Below, piece by piece: positions 9,079-18,653 of a DNA stretch of 64,000 nucleotides. The notes below the pieces were generated by a model. It saw only the letters and a list, made by a program, of their open reading frames with translations. It did not search any database and was not told the DNA's origin. Position 1 is the stretch's first letter. Each line of letters opens with the position of its first letter. Made by a program: the position numbers and the translations under genes. The stretch lies in IMG/VR virus record IMGVR_UViG_3300021375_000014, positions 1 through 64,000 of that record; one strand, given 5' to 3'. Origin of the DNA: a virus.

Positions 9079-9318
9079 ATGTCCACAGGTATTAATAACT
9101 TTATGAATGCAATATATGACGCGGTTGGCATCGAAGTTAGTGGTTACTATAAAGATACTCCATTCCTTGGTAAAATTATCTCCACCCGTGCGAAGTATGG
9201 CAATGATATTCAAGTTACGGTCGAAGATGATGATGGTCGCTGGTTTCTTATTGATGCGACCGAACTTCTAAATGGCGACAATGAAATTTATACTAATCTT
9301 CATGTTTATTTTAAATAA
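9079..9318 (+). CDS. small early hypothetical protein
   Basis: 79 aa directly behind its own promoter. Confidence 0.75.
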   Translation: MSTGINNFMNAIYDAVGIEVSGYYKDTPFLGKIISTRAKYGNDIQVTVEDDDGRWFLIDATELLNGDNEIYTNLHVYFK

Positions 9319-9331
9319 TTCAAGATAGTTG

Positions 9332-9360
9332 TTGACAATATAAACGAATCACTATATAAA
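9332..9360 (+). promoter_or_regulatory. early promoter with CGAATCA (GANTC) in spacer
   Basis: TTGACA(9332)-N7-CGAATCA(9345)-N3-TATAAA(9355). Confidence 0.8.
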
Positions 9361-9391
9361 GAATATGTAGACAGTAATAAAGGAATATGAT

Positions 9392-9700
9392 ATGTTTGTT
9401 GTTAAAACACAAATTCTGGAAAATTATGGTGCACATTCAGCCAATGGCAAATTTTCAAATGGCAATGCTTACTGGAAAATGAAAGGCGGCAATGAATATA
9501 TTGTGAACGATGTAGAACGTCCGCAAGATGCTATGGCATTTATTGCTGCAAAATATATGACAAATGATCTGTATTACAAAGAGTTTCCGCTAGAAGTCGT
9601 TACATGGAAGGAATGGCAAAACGAGTTAATGAATGTTGACGAAGGATATCGTGCTTTTCTAGTAGAACAAGCAATTTCAGTATCACCTCTCCAGACTTAA
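9392..9700 (+). CDS. small early hypothetical protein
   Basis: 102 aa, TQILENYGAH...YWKMKGG, AAGGA RBS. Confidence 0.8.
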   Translation: MFVVKTQILENYGAHSANGKFSNGNAYWKMKGGNEYIVNDVERPQDAMAFIAAKYMTNDLYYKEFPLEVVTWKEWQNELMNVDEGYRAFLVEQAISVSPLQT

Positions 9701-9707
9701 AAAGTTC

Positions 9708-9736
9708 TTGACAGTTCAATCCAACTACGCTATACT
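9708..9736 (+). promoter_or_regulatory. sigma70-type promoter
   Basis: TTGACA(9708)-N17-TATACT(9731). Confidence 0.8.
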
Positions 9737-9768
9737 ATAATAGTAATCAATATAGAAAGAGAATCATC

Positions 9769-10896
9769 ATGGCACAAGTTTCAACAGCAGATATGGATGT
9801 ACGGTTAGTTCGCCCAAGTGATATTCGTGAAGAAGTTAACTATGCAATGAATCGTAAGCGTCCTGTATTTATTTGGGGACCTCCAGGCATTGGCAAATCT
9901 GAAATTGTAAGTTCTATTACACAAGAACGCTCAGGCTATATGATTGATATGCGTCTTGCACTTATGGAACCTACTGACTTACGTGGTATTCCTGTTCCAA
10001 ACATGGAGTCTGGACTTATGGAATGGTTGCCGCCAGCGGATCTACCCACTCAAGAACTCGCCGATCAGTTTGAATGTGTTGTTTTATTCTTAGACGAAAT
10101 GAACCAAGCACCACAATCAGTACAGGCTGCAGCATATCAGTTAATTCTTAATCGTCGATTAGGCAATTATCATCTTCCTGATAATGTTCTTATTGTTGCT
10201 GCTGGTAACCGTGAGAGTGACCGTGGTGTTGCATATCGTATGCCTAGTGCACTTGCTAATCGTTTTGTTCACTTAGAAATGACTACAGATTTCGAAGATT
10301 GGCAGACTTGGGCATTACTTAACAATATGAACCCAGAAGTCATAGGCTATGTAACTGCTAACAAAATGGACCTAATGAATTTTGATCCTCGTACGGCATC
10401 ACGTGCATTTGCTACTCCCCGTTCATGGACGTTTGTTTCACAAATGCTTCCGCTGCCTGGCGAAGAAATCAGCACGAGTCGTTTACATGATTTGATTGCT
10501 GGCACAGTAGGTGATGGTATCGCTACCAAGTTCATGGCACATCGTGCAATTGCTGGTAAACTTCCTAATCCATCAGATATCTTAAATGGTACAGTTACCA
10601 CACTTTCATCAGAAGCACGTGAAATCTCTGCTATGTTCTCACTGACTGCATCACTATGTTATGAACTTAAAGATTTTCTAGATCGTAATGGTAAAGAAAA
10701 AATGGAAGAGTTGTATAAAATGGCTGATAATTTCTTCAACTTTATGATGGATAACTTTGAAACTGAAATGACCGTACTTGGTGGTCGCACTGCATTGAAA
10801 GTTTATAAACTACCGCTTGAGCCGCGCAAAGTTCCTTGTATCGAAAAGTTTTTCAAAAAATATGGCAAACTAATCATTGATGCACACAATGCTTAA
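9769..10896 (+). CDS. MoxR-like AAA+ ATPase
   Basis: Walker A GPPGIGKS, Walker B LFLDE, AAGN, ALANRF, TPRSW. Confidence 0.9.
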   Translation: MAQVSTADMDVRLVRPSDIREEVNYAMNRKRPVFIWGPPGIGKSEIVSSITQERSGYMIDMRLALMEPTDLRGIPVPNMESGLMEWLPPADLPTQELADQFECVVLFLDEMNQAPQSVQAAAYQLILNRRLGNYHLPDNVLIVAAGNRESDRGVAYRMPSALANRFVHLEMTTDFEDWQTWALLNNMNPEVIGYVTANKMDLMNFDPRTASRAFATPRSWTFVSQMLPLPGEEISTSRLHDLIAGTVGDGIATKFMAHRAIAGKLPNPSDILNGTVTTLSSEAREISAMFSLTASLCYELKDFLDRNGKEKMEELYKMADNFFNFMMDNFETEMTVLGGRTALKVYKLPLEPRKVPCIEKFFKKYGKLIIDAHNA

Positions 10897-10900
10897 AAAT

Positions 10901-10927
10901 AAAAAGTGATCTTCGGATCACTTTTTT
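10901..10927 (+). terminator. intrinsic terminator with cUUCGg tetraloop
   Basis: AAAAAGTGATC-TTCG-GATCACTTTTTT; TTGACA follows at 10929. Confidence 0.9.
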
Positions 10928-10989
10928 CTTGACATATTATAAATATATATGATATGTTATTAAAGTAATCAGACACAAGGACGAATCAT

Positions 10990-12330
10990 ATGCGTATCGA
11001 ACCAGAAAAAATTACCACAGAAGACGATTTCAATTCAGTGTTTGATGATTTGCTTAAAGAAAATGGCATTGAAGTTGACGAAAATTCAGAAGAACCTGTA
11101 GTATTTGAATATACAGATCACGAAGTTAAAGAAATGATTGTCTCTGGTCGTGTTCGCTTGCTGATTAAACATCCTTTTTTCGGCACACTTGCTACACGTT
11201 TGAAACTGGTAGAAGCAGAATGGTGTCCAACCGCCGCAGTAGATGGCAAACATTTTTATTATAACACCGATTTCTTTCGCACAATGACACCAGAAGAAAT
11301 TGACTTTATTGTTGGACATGAAGTATTTCACTGCGTATATGATCACTGCGGTATTGGCAGTCGCTTAATGGACTTTGCAGATAATGAACGTGACGCTAAA
11401 CTTTGGAATATCGCGGCTGATTATAAAGTTAACCAAGCAACCGTAGAAGCAAAGATTGGCACAATGCCAAAGCAAGCCTTGTATGATCGCAAGTATTACA
11501 AATCATATACCGAAGAAATTTATCGTGACCTATTTCAACAACAGAAAGATGGCAAAGATTTTAGTGATACTGATACACTTGATGAACATATGTTCGGTGA
11601 TGGTGACGGTTCTGGTGATGGCAGTGGCGAAAATGATCCCACCGGTCGCAAGGCTCCTATCAAAATCACAAAAGAAGAAGCCAAAGAAATTAAAGATCAA
11701 ATGAAACAGGCTGTATTGCAGGCTGCACAAGCATCTGGTTCTGGCAATCTTCCAGGTGATATCAAGCGCATGATTAAAGATATGACAGAGCCTAAAATGG
11801 ATTGGCGTGAATATATTAATCTAAGTATTCAAAGTTCACAAAAAGCAGATTTCACATGGATGCGCCAATCTCGTAAATCACGTAGTATGGGTATATATCT
11901 ACCAGGTATGGACAATGAAGTTATGATTGATGCTGCAATCGGCATTGATGTATCTGGTTCTATATCTAAAGAAATGATCCGCGATTTCTTAGGTGAAATC
12001 TATGGAATCATGCAACAATTTCAAGATTTTCGATTGAAAATCTGGACATTTGATACACAAGTATATGCTGAATCATTTAAAGAATTTACACCTATGAATT
12101 CAGAAGAATTAAAAGAGTATGAAATTATTGGCTGTGGCGGCACTGACTTTGCTTGCAACTGGGACTTTATGGAAGAAAATCAAATTGAACCAGATAAGTT
12201 CATCATGTTTACTGATGGTATGCCATTTGGTAGTTGGGGTAATTCCGCGTATTGTGATACATTATTTGTTATTCATGGTTCACAGCATATTGTGCCACCA
12301 TTTGGCGAATACACATATTACGAATCATAG
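10990..12330 (+). CDS. DUF2201-type metallopeptidase + VWA domain protein (MoxR partner)
   Basis: HEVFH (HExxH), WNIAADYKVN, Gly/Asp linker, MIDAS DVSGS, GGTDF, FTDG. Confidence 0.88.
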   Translation: MRIEPEKITTEDDFNSVFDDLLKENGIEVDENSEEPVVFEYTDHEVKEMIVSGRVRLLIKHPFFGTLATRLKLVEAEWCPTAAVDGKHFYYNTDFFRTMTPEEIDFIVGHEVFHCVYDHCGIGSRLMDFADNERDAKLWNIAADYKVNQATVEAKIGTMPKQALYDRKYYKSYTEEIYRDLFQQQKDGKDFSDTDTLDEHMFGDGDGSGDGSGENDPTGRKAPIKITKEEAKEIKDQMKQAVLQAAQASGSGNLPGDIKRMIKDMTEPKMDWREYINLSIQSSQKADFTWMRQSRKSRSMGIYLPGMDNEVMIDAAIGIDVSGSISKEMIRDFLGEIYGIMQQFQDFRLKIWTFDTQVYAESFKEFTPMNSEELKEYEIIGCGGTDFACNWDFMEENQIEPDKFIMFTDGMPFGSWGNSAYCDTLFVIHGSQHIVPPFGEYTYYES

Positions 12331-12354
12331 TAAAATATAAGTATAAATATAATT

Positions 12355-12894
12355 ATGAGCAATGATACACTATTATTGAATGCTAATGGTGCACCGTTAA
12401 GCGTGACTCCGTTATCAACTTTAACCTGGCAAGAGAGTATAAAACTTATCTGGTTAGATAAGATAAATGTACTTGAATGGCATGATTGGACGGTAAGGTC
12501 GGTTAACCATAGTATGCACGTACCTAGTGTTATTTGTGTTAGGGAATACATGCCACACTCTGGCACAATTAATTTCTGTCGAGCAAATGTTTTTATACGT
12601 GACCGATATACTTGTCAATATTGTCATAATACATTCAATAAAAAAGATTTAACACTTGATCATATATTGCCAAGAAGCAAGGGTGGCAGAACAAATTGGC
12701 ATAATATCGTGAGCGCATGTAAAAAATGTAATCATAGTAAAGGAAATAATTCAAATATTGTACCCAAAGTTATGCCAGATAAACCCAATTTCTATCAAAT
12801 GTATGGAAGTAAAAATTTTACATTAAACATAAAGCACGAAATTTGGCTAAAATATCTAAACTGGCCAGATGAATATGTAAATATGGTTGCATAA
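12355..12894 (+). CDS. HNH endonuclease (McrA-like)
   Basis: RDRYTCQYC, DHILPRSKGG, NIVSACKKCN; TATAAATA at 12342. Confidence 0.9.
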   Translation: MSNDTLLLNANGAPLSVTPLSTLTWQESIKLIWLDKINVLEWHDWTVRSVNHSMHVPSVICVREYMPHSGTINFCRANVFIRDRYTCQYCHNTFNKKDLTLDHILPRSKGGRTNWHNIVSACKKCNHSKGNNSNIVPKVMPDKPNFYQMYGSKNFTLNIKHEIWLKYLNWPDEYVNMVA

Positions 12895-12900
12895 AATCAC

Positions 12901-12929
12901 TTGACAACAATCACTTAATATAGTATAAT
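12901..12929 (+). promoter_or_regulatory. perfect sigma70 consensus promoter
   Basis: TTGACA(12901)-N17-TATAAT(12924); followed by a hairpin at 12931-12960. Confidence 0.88.
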
Positions 12930-12994
12930 TGTAGTATGAATAAGAGTTTATTCATATTATATATAATAAATTGACAAAATAGGAGAAACTTAAT

Positions 12995-13252
12995 ATGTCA
13001 GAAGAAACTCAAGCACCTGAAGTTGCTGCAGAAGCACCAGCAGAAGTACCAGCGGTTACAGTTAACGATCTTGTTAATGTATATGCTATTATTGATCTAG
13101 CATCAAAGCGCGGAGCATTTCAAGCAGGTGAACTATCTGCAGTAGGAAATACTGCAAATCGTGTTAAAGCATTTGTGGATCACGTACAGGCACAAAGTGC
13201 AGCGGCAGCAGAAGTAACTGGTGAAACTGAAACACCTGAAGAAGCAGGTTAA
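12995..13252 (+). CDS. small acidic hypothetical phage protein
   Basis: 85 aa, AGGAG RBS, IIDLASKRGAF motif. Confidence 0.85.
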   Translation: MSEETQAPEVAAEAPAEVPAVTVNDLVNVYAIIDLASKRGAFQAGELSAVGNTANRVKAFVDHVQAQSAAAAEVTGETETPEEAG

Positions 13253-13257
13253 CAATT

Positions 13258-13896
13258 ATGGCAACTGCACCATTTATAAAACACGTTGGCAGACATAAGG
13301 GAACAGGACAAAGACTAAGTGTTGTTTTCATGTCTCTTCCTGATGAACCAGAAAATGCTCTAGCAGTGTACAGTGATTCATTGCCGGATCGCTATCACGA
13401 TTCGTATATGGAAGCAATTGAGTCTAATGAAGGCCAAACAACTAATAATCTATATGAAGTTCTTTCACGCAAAGTATTTTGGCATGGCAAAGTTATGTTA
13501 GATACACTCCACGCTGAAGGACATCTTTCAAAGATCCCAACAGATCAGATTATTATGACTCCAAATACACAAACAAATGTACCATTGAATGAAATCAATG
13601 CCGCAATGAATTCTACAGAACAAGAAACAGTCAAATCTGTAGAACCACAAGAATCACGTATTGATTCAAATGTTAAATCGTCAAAGGCAGATGAAAATAA
13701 ACAAATTGCGCAGAATCTTTTGGTACAAGCAAACTTGTTGGCTGCAGACGCAGAAGCAAAAAGACAGGAAGCATATAATTATGATCCTAGTCTGAAACCT
13801 AAAGCAAAAACGTCTAATGCAACAGTAACTGCAAACAAATCTTCAGTTACAGATGTTCCCAAAAAGCGTGGGCGACCAAGAAAGTCAACAGCATAA
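13258..13896 (+). CDS. hypothetical protein with C-terminal AT-hook-like motif
   Basis: 212 aa; ends PKKRGRPRKSTA. Confidence 0.8.
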   Translation: MATAPFIKHVGRHKGTGQRLSVVFMSLPDEPENALAVYSDSLPDRYHDSYMEAIESNEGQTTNNLYEVLSRKVFWHGKVMLDTLHAEGHLSKIPTDQIIMTPNTQTNVPLNEINAAMNSTEQETVKSVEPQESRIDSNVKSSKADENKQIAQNLLVQANLLAADAEAKRQEAYNYDPSLKPKAKTSNATVTANKSSVTDVPKKRGRPRKSTA

Positions 13897-14168
13897 TGTC
13901 TAGTAAGCGTAGTAGTATTTTAAGTAGAATTGAACAAGAACGTATTCGCCAATCAGATTTGGCAGGAAGTGAATATGATGCAAAAAACTCTCCAAATGAC
14001 TGGATTGCTATAACATCTTATTATCTTGCACAAGAAACCAAACGTGCTACTATGCTTACCCCACCAAACGCTGACGATTTCGAAAGAGAATTAATAAAAG
14101 CAGCGGCAGTTATATTAGCGTCACTTGAGCATATTAATGTTATGAAAGAACATGGCCATCTAAGTTAG
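13896..14168 (+). CDS. MazG-like all-alpha NTP pyrophosphatase-like protein
   Basis: EQERIRQ...NDW...ERELIKAAAV pattern; adjacent to thyA. Confidence 0.45.
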   Translation: MSSKRSSILSRIEQERIRQSDLAGSEYDAKNSPNDWIAITSYYLAQETKRATMLTPPNADDFERELIKAAAVILASLEHINVMKEHGHLS

Positions 14169-14176
14169 GGAAATAA

Positions 14177-14491
14177 ATGGAATTTGATAGAGAAGGCGAA
14201 TTTGATAGAATAATGGAAGAAGTAGTTCCTATTAGCATTCCATCTTCATTCATTAAAGGAATTCAAGTAACAATGAAAAATGGCCACATTGTAACACTGA
14301 GTGGTGATGAACTATTAGCCCCGTTGCCGCTGAGTGGTGAATTTAGTTGGGCAGATATGGCAAAGAACTTTGATGCAATTATTGATGTTGAAATATTGCT
14401 TGATATTCCAAACTTACGCGAAAGTGTAGTAACGAGTGTAAAAGAAATTTTAAAAGAACATTTTGAAAGTTATAAGGACAAAGACAAATAA
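14177..14491 (+). CDS. hypothetical protein
   Basis: 104-aa acidic ORF in an operon. Confidence 0.75.
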   Translation: MEFDREGEFDRIMEEVVPISIPSSFIKGIQVTMKNGHIVTLSGDELLAPLPLSGEFSWADMAKNFDAIIDVEILLDIPNLRESVVTSVKEILKEHFESYKDKDK

Positions 14492-15361
14492 ATGCCAAAC
14501 TATGAAGAAGATGAATACTTAGATTTACTACATCATACACTAGAGAAAGGCGAAACACGTGGTAACGAGCGCACAGGCGTTGGCACTCGATCTATCTTTA
14601 TGACTACAAATAGATACAATCTTAGTAATGGATTTCCTCTATTAACAACTAAACGTGTGCCATTTAAATCAGTTCTAAGTGAATTACTTTGGTTCTTAGA
14701 AGGATCAATGAATGAACGAAGACTTGCTGAAATTCATTATGGCAAACCTAGGGAAGAACTTATTGGCAAAACAACAATATGGACTGCCAACGCAGACTCA
14801 CAAGGCAAAGCATTAGGACACTATAATAGTGACACTAATAAAGACTTGGGTCCAGTCTACGGAGTACAGTGGCGAAACTTTAATGGAATAGATCAAATAA
14901 ATCAGTTAGTACAAGGATTAAAAAATAATCCACAATCACGCAGACATATTTTAAATTCATGGAATGTTAGTGACTTAGATAAAATGGCATTACCTCCATG
15001 CCATGTAATGTCACAGTTCTATGTAAATAATGAAGGAAGATTAAGTTGTAGTTTATACCAACGCAGTGCCGATTTATTTTTAGGTGTACCGTTTAATATT
15101 GCTAGTTATTCGTTACTAACGCATATGATTGCACATGTATGTAAACTTGGTGTAAATGAATTTATTCACGTAATAGGTGATGGTCATATATATAATAATC
15201 ACATAGATGCGGTCAGGACGCAACTGGAGAGGGATCCAGTGTCGTTTCCCACACTTGTAATAAAACGTAGCGTAGATTCTATATTTGATTTTAAAATGGA
15301 AGATTTTGAAATAGTAGGATATGACCCAGGTGATACTATTCGAGCGCCAATGGCAGTATAA
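14492..15361 (+). CDS. thyA: thymidylate synthase
   Basis: RTGVGT, FPLLTTK, ELLWFL, GPVYGVQWR, MALPPCH, YQRSADLFLGVPFNIASY. Confidence 0.97.
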   Translation: MPNYEEDEYLDLLHHTLEKGETRGNERTGVGTRSIFMTTNRYNLSNGFPLLTTKRVPFKSVLSELLWFLEGSMNERRLAEIHYGKPREELIGKTTIWTANADSQGKALGHYNSDTNKDLGPVYGVQWRNFNGIDQINQLVQGLKNNPQSRRHILNSWNVSDLDKMALPPCHVMSQFYVNNEGRLSCSLYQRSADLFLGVPFNIASYSLLTHMIAHVCKLGVNEFIHVIGDGHIYNNHIDAVRTQLERDPVSFPTLVIKRSVDSIFDFKMEDFEIVGYDPGDTIRAPMAV

Positions 15362-15364
15362 AAG

Positions 15365-15390
15365 AAAAGCACCTAATAGGTGCTTTTTTT
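15365..15390. terminator. bidirectional intrinsic terminator
   Basis: AAAAGCACCT-aat-AGGTGCTTTTTTT between convergent thyA and the radical SAM cluster. Confidence 0.85.
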
Positions 15391-16501
15391 ATGTCTTACG
15401 TTTTGGTATTTTACTATCTGCACTACTGACACAACTCTTGCTTATGCACGGCATTGGTTTGTCAAATAGTTTAAATCCACTTTCGATGTATCCCAATGGC
15501 TGATCTGAACAACTATAACTGCGTTTTATACTACCATCTGGTTCACGAATTATGATGCCTTGATAACCGCTATTACAACTCCAGCCTTCAAAGTTATTAA
15601 AATTAAATGCATTGAAACGCTCAGCCTGATCCATATACCATTTCTTGCCTTTCGAATCGGTAAATTCAACTTGCATATGCCACGGCACGCTTTTATCATT
15701 TTGACCAATAGCATATGCTGGAACTTGGAAATTGGGTTTGGGTCTATCATTCCATTTACGTTTTACCTCAGTATAAGCAAGTTGCGGCATACCATTCCAC
15801 AATCTTTTCATCTGTTCTTCCGTATATCCATCAACTACACGGCTTGCAGTAGGATCAGATTGCGGCTTCAATGTTACATTGATACCTTGTTCGTGAAAAA
15901 ATAATGCATTGTCCCAATCACGTTCAAACCAGTCTGGCACCATAACCATATTCACTGTAATTTGCACATCATTTTCTTGACATAATATAAGTTTATCTGC
16001 AAACTCTTGCATCTTATCTCTTGTGTTAAGATGTTCAGTATGTAAACTAGCAGTGATACTTGCACGATGAAATGGTTTAACTCTATCTACATAATCCTCA
16101 TGCCATTTAACATTACGTGACATATTAGTTGTCATATGAACACTGGTGTAGTTGGTATTTGATACATCGTCTGCAAGATGTTCCAGAATATCTAAATATC
16201 CTGGATGAAAGGTTGGTTCACCACCAGACAATGAAAAATGAAAACTATTAAATCCGTTTTCACGTGCTTGTCTCTTTATTTCATCTATGGTTCGTAGACA
16301 TAGTTCAGTAGGACGGTGGTCTTTACGGTCACTGCGGGCATAAGGCCAACAGTAGGAGCATTTGTAGTTGCAGAATCTTCCAAGTAACCAACTAACAGTA
16401 AATAGGTCACGGTACAATAAAGTACGCTGACCAACACTAACAATATCGTCAAATGGTATTTTTGTAAAGTCATAGTTAGACCATTTTAAATCTTCGCTCA
16501 T
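15389..16501 (-). CDS. radical SAM protein with C-terminal twitch/SPASM-like domain (subtype B)
   Basis: CNYKCSYC, SGGEPT, WSCNSG...DG..RSYSC...CISKSC. Confidence 0.92.
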   Translation of the reverse strand: MSEDLKWSNYDFTKIPFDDIVSVGQRTLLYRDLFTVSWLLGRFCNYKCSYCWPYARSDRKDHRPTELCLRTIDEIKRQARENGFNSFHFSLSGGEPTFHPGYLDILEHLADDVSNTNYTSVHMTTNMSRNVKWHEDYVDRVKPFHRASITASLHTEHLNTRDKMQEFADKLILCQENDVQITVNMVMVPDWFERDWDNALFFHEQGINVTLKPQSDPTASRVVDGYTEEQMKRLWNGMPQLAYTEVKRKWNDRPKPNFQVPAYAIGQNDKSVPWHMQVEFTDSKGKKWYMDQAERFNAFNFNNFEGWSCNSGYQGIIIREPDGSIKRSYSCSDQPLGYIESGFKLFDKPMPCISKSCVSSADSKIPKRKT

Positions 16502-16504
16502 AAT

Positions 16505-17461
16505 CTATAAGTCCTCTTTAATAAATGTATCACGCTTCATCTGTTTACATACTTGCATACAACGAGGTACAGGATTATCACTATTCCAACTATTAACTAT
16601 ACCTTGCCATACATCGCTACTTATAGCATCTTCAACACTTACATTATTCAAGTTAATTGAATTTTTATAATCAGTATCTCTAAGTAATGTCTCATAACTA
16701 TCTTTGGTATTACCACTTACGCCATACTCCAATGTCTTTGCATTTAGATGACAACAAGGAATAACATCACCTGTATGGTTTATAAAAATTCGTTTTTGAT
16801 TTCCATACTTACAACTTACATAAGGAATTTCTGGTGCAGTATCAATCTTCTCTGTATTTGCTGCTTTTACATTTCCAGTAGTGTCTTTACGATGGCTAAT
16901 AATAGTTTTGAAGTTTTTAAAACCCTCAGCCGTGGCTTTATTTTTGGCTTTCTCCAATTGATGTTCGTTATGTTCGAACACGATAAACTGCCATACACTT
17001 TTGCCACCAGCTGCATTGAAAGATCGATAGTTTTGTTCTACTTTTTTGAAATTACTACCCTGCCGATATACTTCACTTAGTTCATCACTGCCGTCAATTC
17101 CCCAAGTAACATTATGGCTACTTGGTAAAATACCTGCTAACTCAGTCCACCAGTTAGTAGTTCGCAAACTACCGTTTGTTGCAATATTGATGTGCGTATT
17201 CCAATCAGCAAAATGACGGATAATATCAAAAAACTGTGGATGACTTGTTGGTTCGTCTATACTGCCACAAAAGTTTACAATTTTAATACTAGGAAATAAT
17301 TCTTTTTTAAATTTTTCACGTATAGTTTCTATTGTAAGATATTCTTTATTGATAAGATCATCAGCGTGTTTGGATATAACTCGCAAACAACCTTTGCACT
17401 CAATATTACAAAAACTAGTAAGTTCTATATCTAACCATTCTATTGTATCCATACTCCACAT
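16505..17461 (-). CDS. radical SAM protein (subtype C)
   Basis: ELTSFCNIECKGC, CGSIDEP, TNGS, C-terminal VIPCC...CMQVC. Confidence 0.9.
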   Translation of the reverse strand: MWSMDTIEWLDIELTSFCNIECKGCLRVISKHADDLINKEYLTIETIREKFKKELFPSIKIVNFCGSIDEPTSHPQFFDIIRHFADWNTHINIATNGSLRTTNWWTELAGILPSSHNVTWGIDGSDELSEVYRQGSNFKKVEQNYRSFNAAGGKSVWQFIVFEHNEHQLEKAKNKATAEGFKNFKTIISHRKDTTGNVKAANTEKIDTAPEIPYVSCKYGNQKRIFINHTGDVIPCCHLNAKTLEYGVSGNTKDSYETLLRDTDYKNSINLNNVSVEDAISSDVWQGIVNSWNSDNPVPRCMQVCKQMKRDTFIKEDL

Positions 17462-17465
17462 ATTA

Positions 17466-18653
17466 TTATTCTCCCTGCATTGAATTATTTTTTAGATGGT
17501 AACCCAATTTCGAGTAATTATCAGTTACATAGTTACGAATATCGTTCCATAATTCACTATCTATATCACCAAAACTAGTTCCACGTATCAAGTCTAAGTG
17601 TTCTGTGTATTTTATAAACTCAGTCATTAGTGTATATGTAGTTAATGGATCATTCTCAGGCTGTGATAATATACTACGTATAGTGTCGTGATGTGGCAAA
17701 TTAATATATTTTTGTCGTATACTCCATGGCAGATTTTTAATATTTAATTTTTCTGGCCAAGTTAATGGTGATACTACATCACATTCTTCAACTAAATCAC
17801 CTAGATCATCATTTAATTTAAAGTAACTAGTTAAGTTGTAAATCTGTATAGTTTGACTGATTGTATATTTCCAATTTGGATAATCTTTCCCTATGATTCT
17901 ATAACGTTTTATAGTGTCCTTTAGTTTACTGTATGTACTATTAGTACGAATATAATCATTGATTTCACCAACACTGTCAATACTAAATTGCCAAACAATG
18001 TTAGGAAAATGCTTGACAAGATCAAACCAATACTGTTTGGTGGCAGTTGCATTAGTTGTTATCATAATATCAATGTCAGTATTGTTGCACTCTATTAACT
18101 TAGTTAAAATATCAAAACATTGTGGAGTTAAACTAGGTTCACCTCCTAATAGACGAAGTTCTTTGATGTCTTTAAGATGCTCACTGATTAATCCACTATT
18201 TACTTCTGTAATTGAAGGATTAATAAACTTTTCTTTTGCTATTTGACTACTAGCAATCTCATTACACATTCGACATTTAAGATTACACTTATTACTTAAC
18301 CGTAAGTCTAACGCAGAAGGAATGGAGGTATCTGTTATCTTATTTTTTTCATAGTGGTTAAGATATTTTTTATTCCTATCCTGCCTTTCACTCACAATCC
18401 CTAGATCTTCATTTCGATAACACGTTGCACAACTTGGATGCTCTGTATTTTCAAGCATCATCGTGCGCAAATTATTAAATTCACTATCAGCAAATAAACT
18501 ACGCATATTATCATGGCTACTGTATTTTACGCCTATGTAATTCGGATCTTGTACACAACAACTTTTAACACTGCCATCAGGATCAACATTTAGACTCGTA
18601 AAAGGAGCAACACAAAATTTAGATATGTTGTCTATTTCAGATTTATACCTCAT
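17466..18653 (-). CDS. radical SAM protein with N-terminal SPASM/twitch domain (subtype A)
   Basis: FCVAPF..KSCC..CATC before CNLKCRMC, GGEP; start probably 18653. Confidence 0.9.
   Translation of the reverse strand: MRYKSEIDNISKFCVAPFTSLNVDPDGSVKSCCVQDPNYIGVKYSSHDNMRSLFADSEFNNLRTMMLENTEHPSCATCYRNEDLGIVSERQDRNKKYLNHYEKNKITDTSIPSALDLRLSNKCNLKCRMCNEIASSQIAKEKFINPSITEVNSGLISEHLKDIKELRLLGGEPSLTPQCFDILTKLIECNNTDIDIMITTNATATKQYWFDLVKHFPNIVWQFSIDSVGEINDYIRTNSTYSKLKDTIKRYRIIGKDYPNWKYTISQTIQIYNLTSYFKLNDDLGDLVEECDVVSPLTWPEKLNIKNLPWSIRQKYINLPHHDTIRSILSQPENDPLTTYTLMTEFIKYTEHLDLIRGTSFGDIDSELWNDIRNYVTDNYSKLGYHLKNNSMQGE

Noticed and set aside
12355-12894. HNH (and the GIY-YIG at 30864..31133) as intron-encoded homing endonucleases
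   Set aside because: Flanking genes are intact and no group I intron structure or split gene is evident; both are free-standing.
14492-15361. ThyA as a dCMP hydroxymethylase feeding carbamoyl/glycosyl-hmC DNA modification
   Set aside because: It keeps the dUMP-specifying Asn (PFNIASY) and canonical ThyA motifs. A DNA substrate for the cluster is not excluded but is unsupported here.
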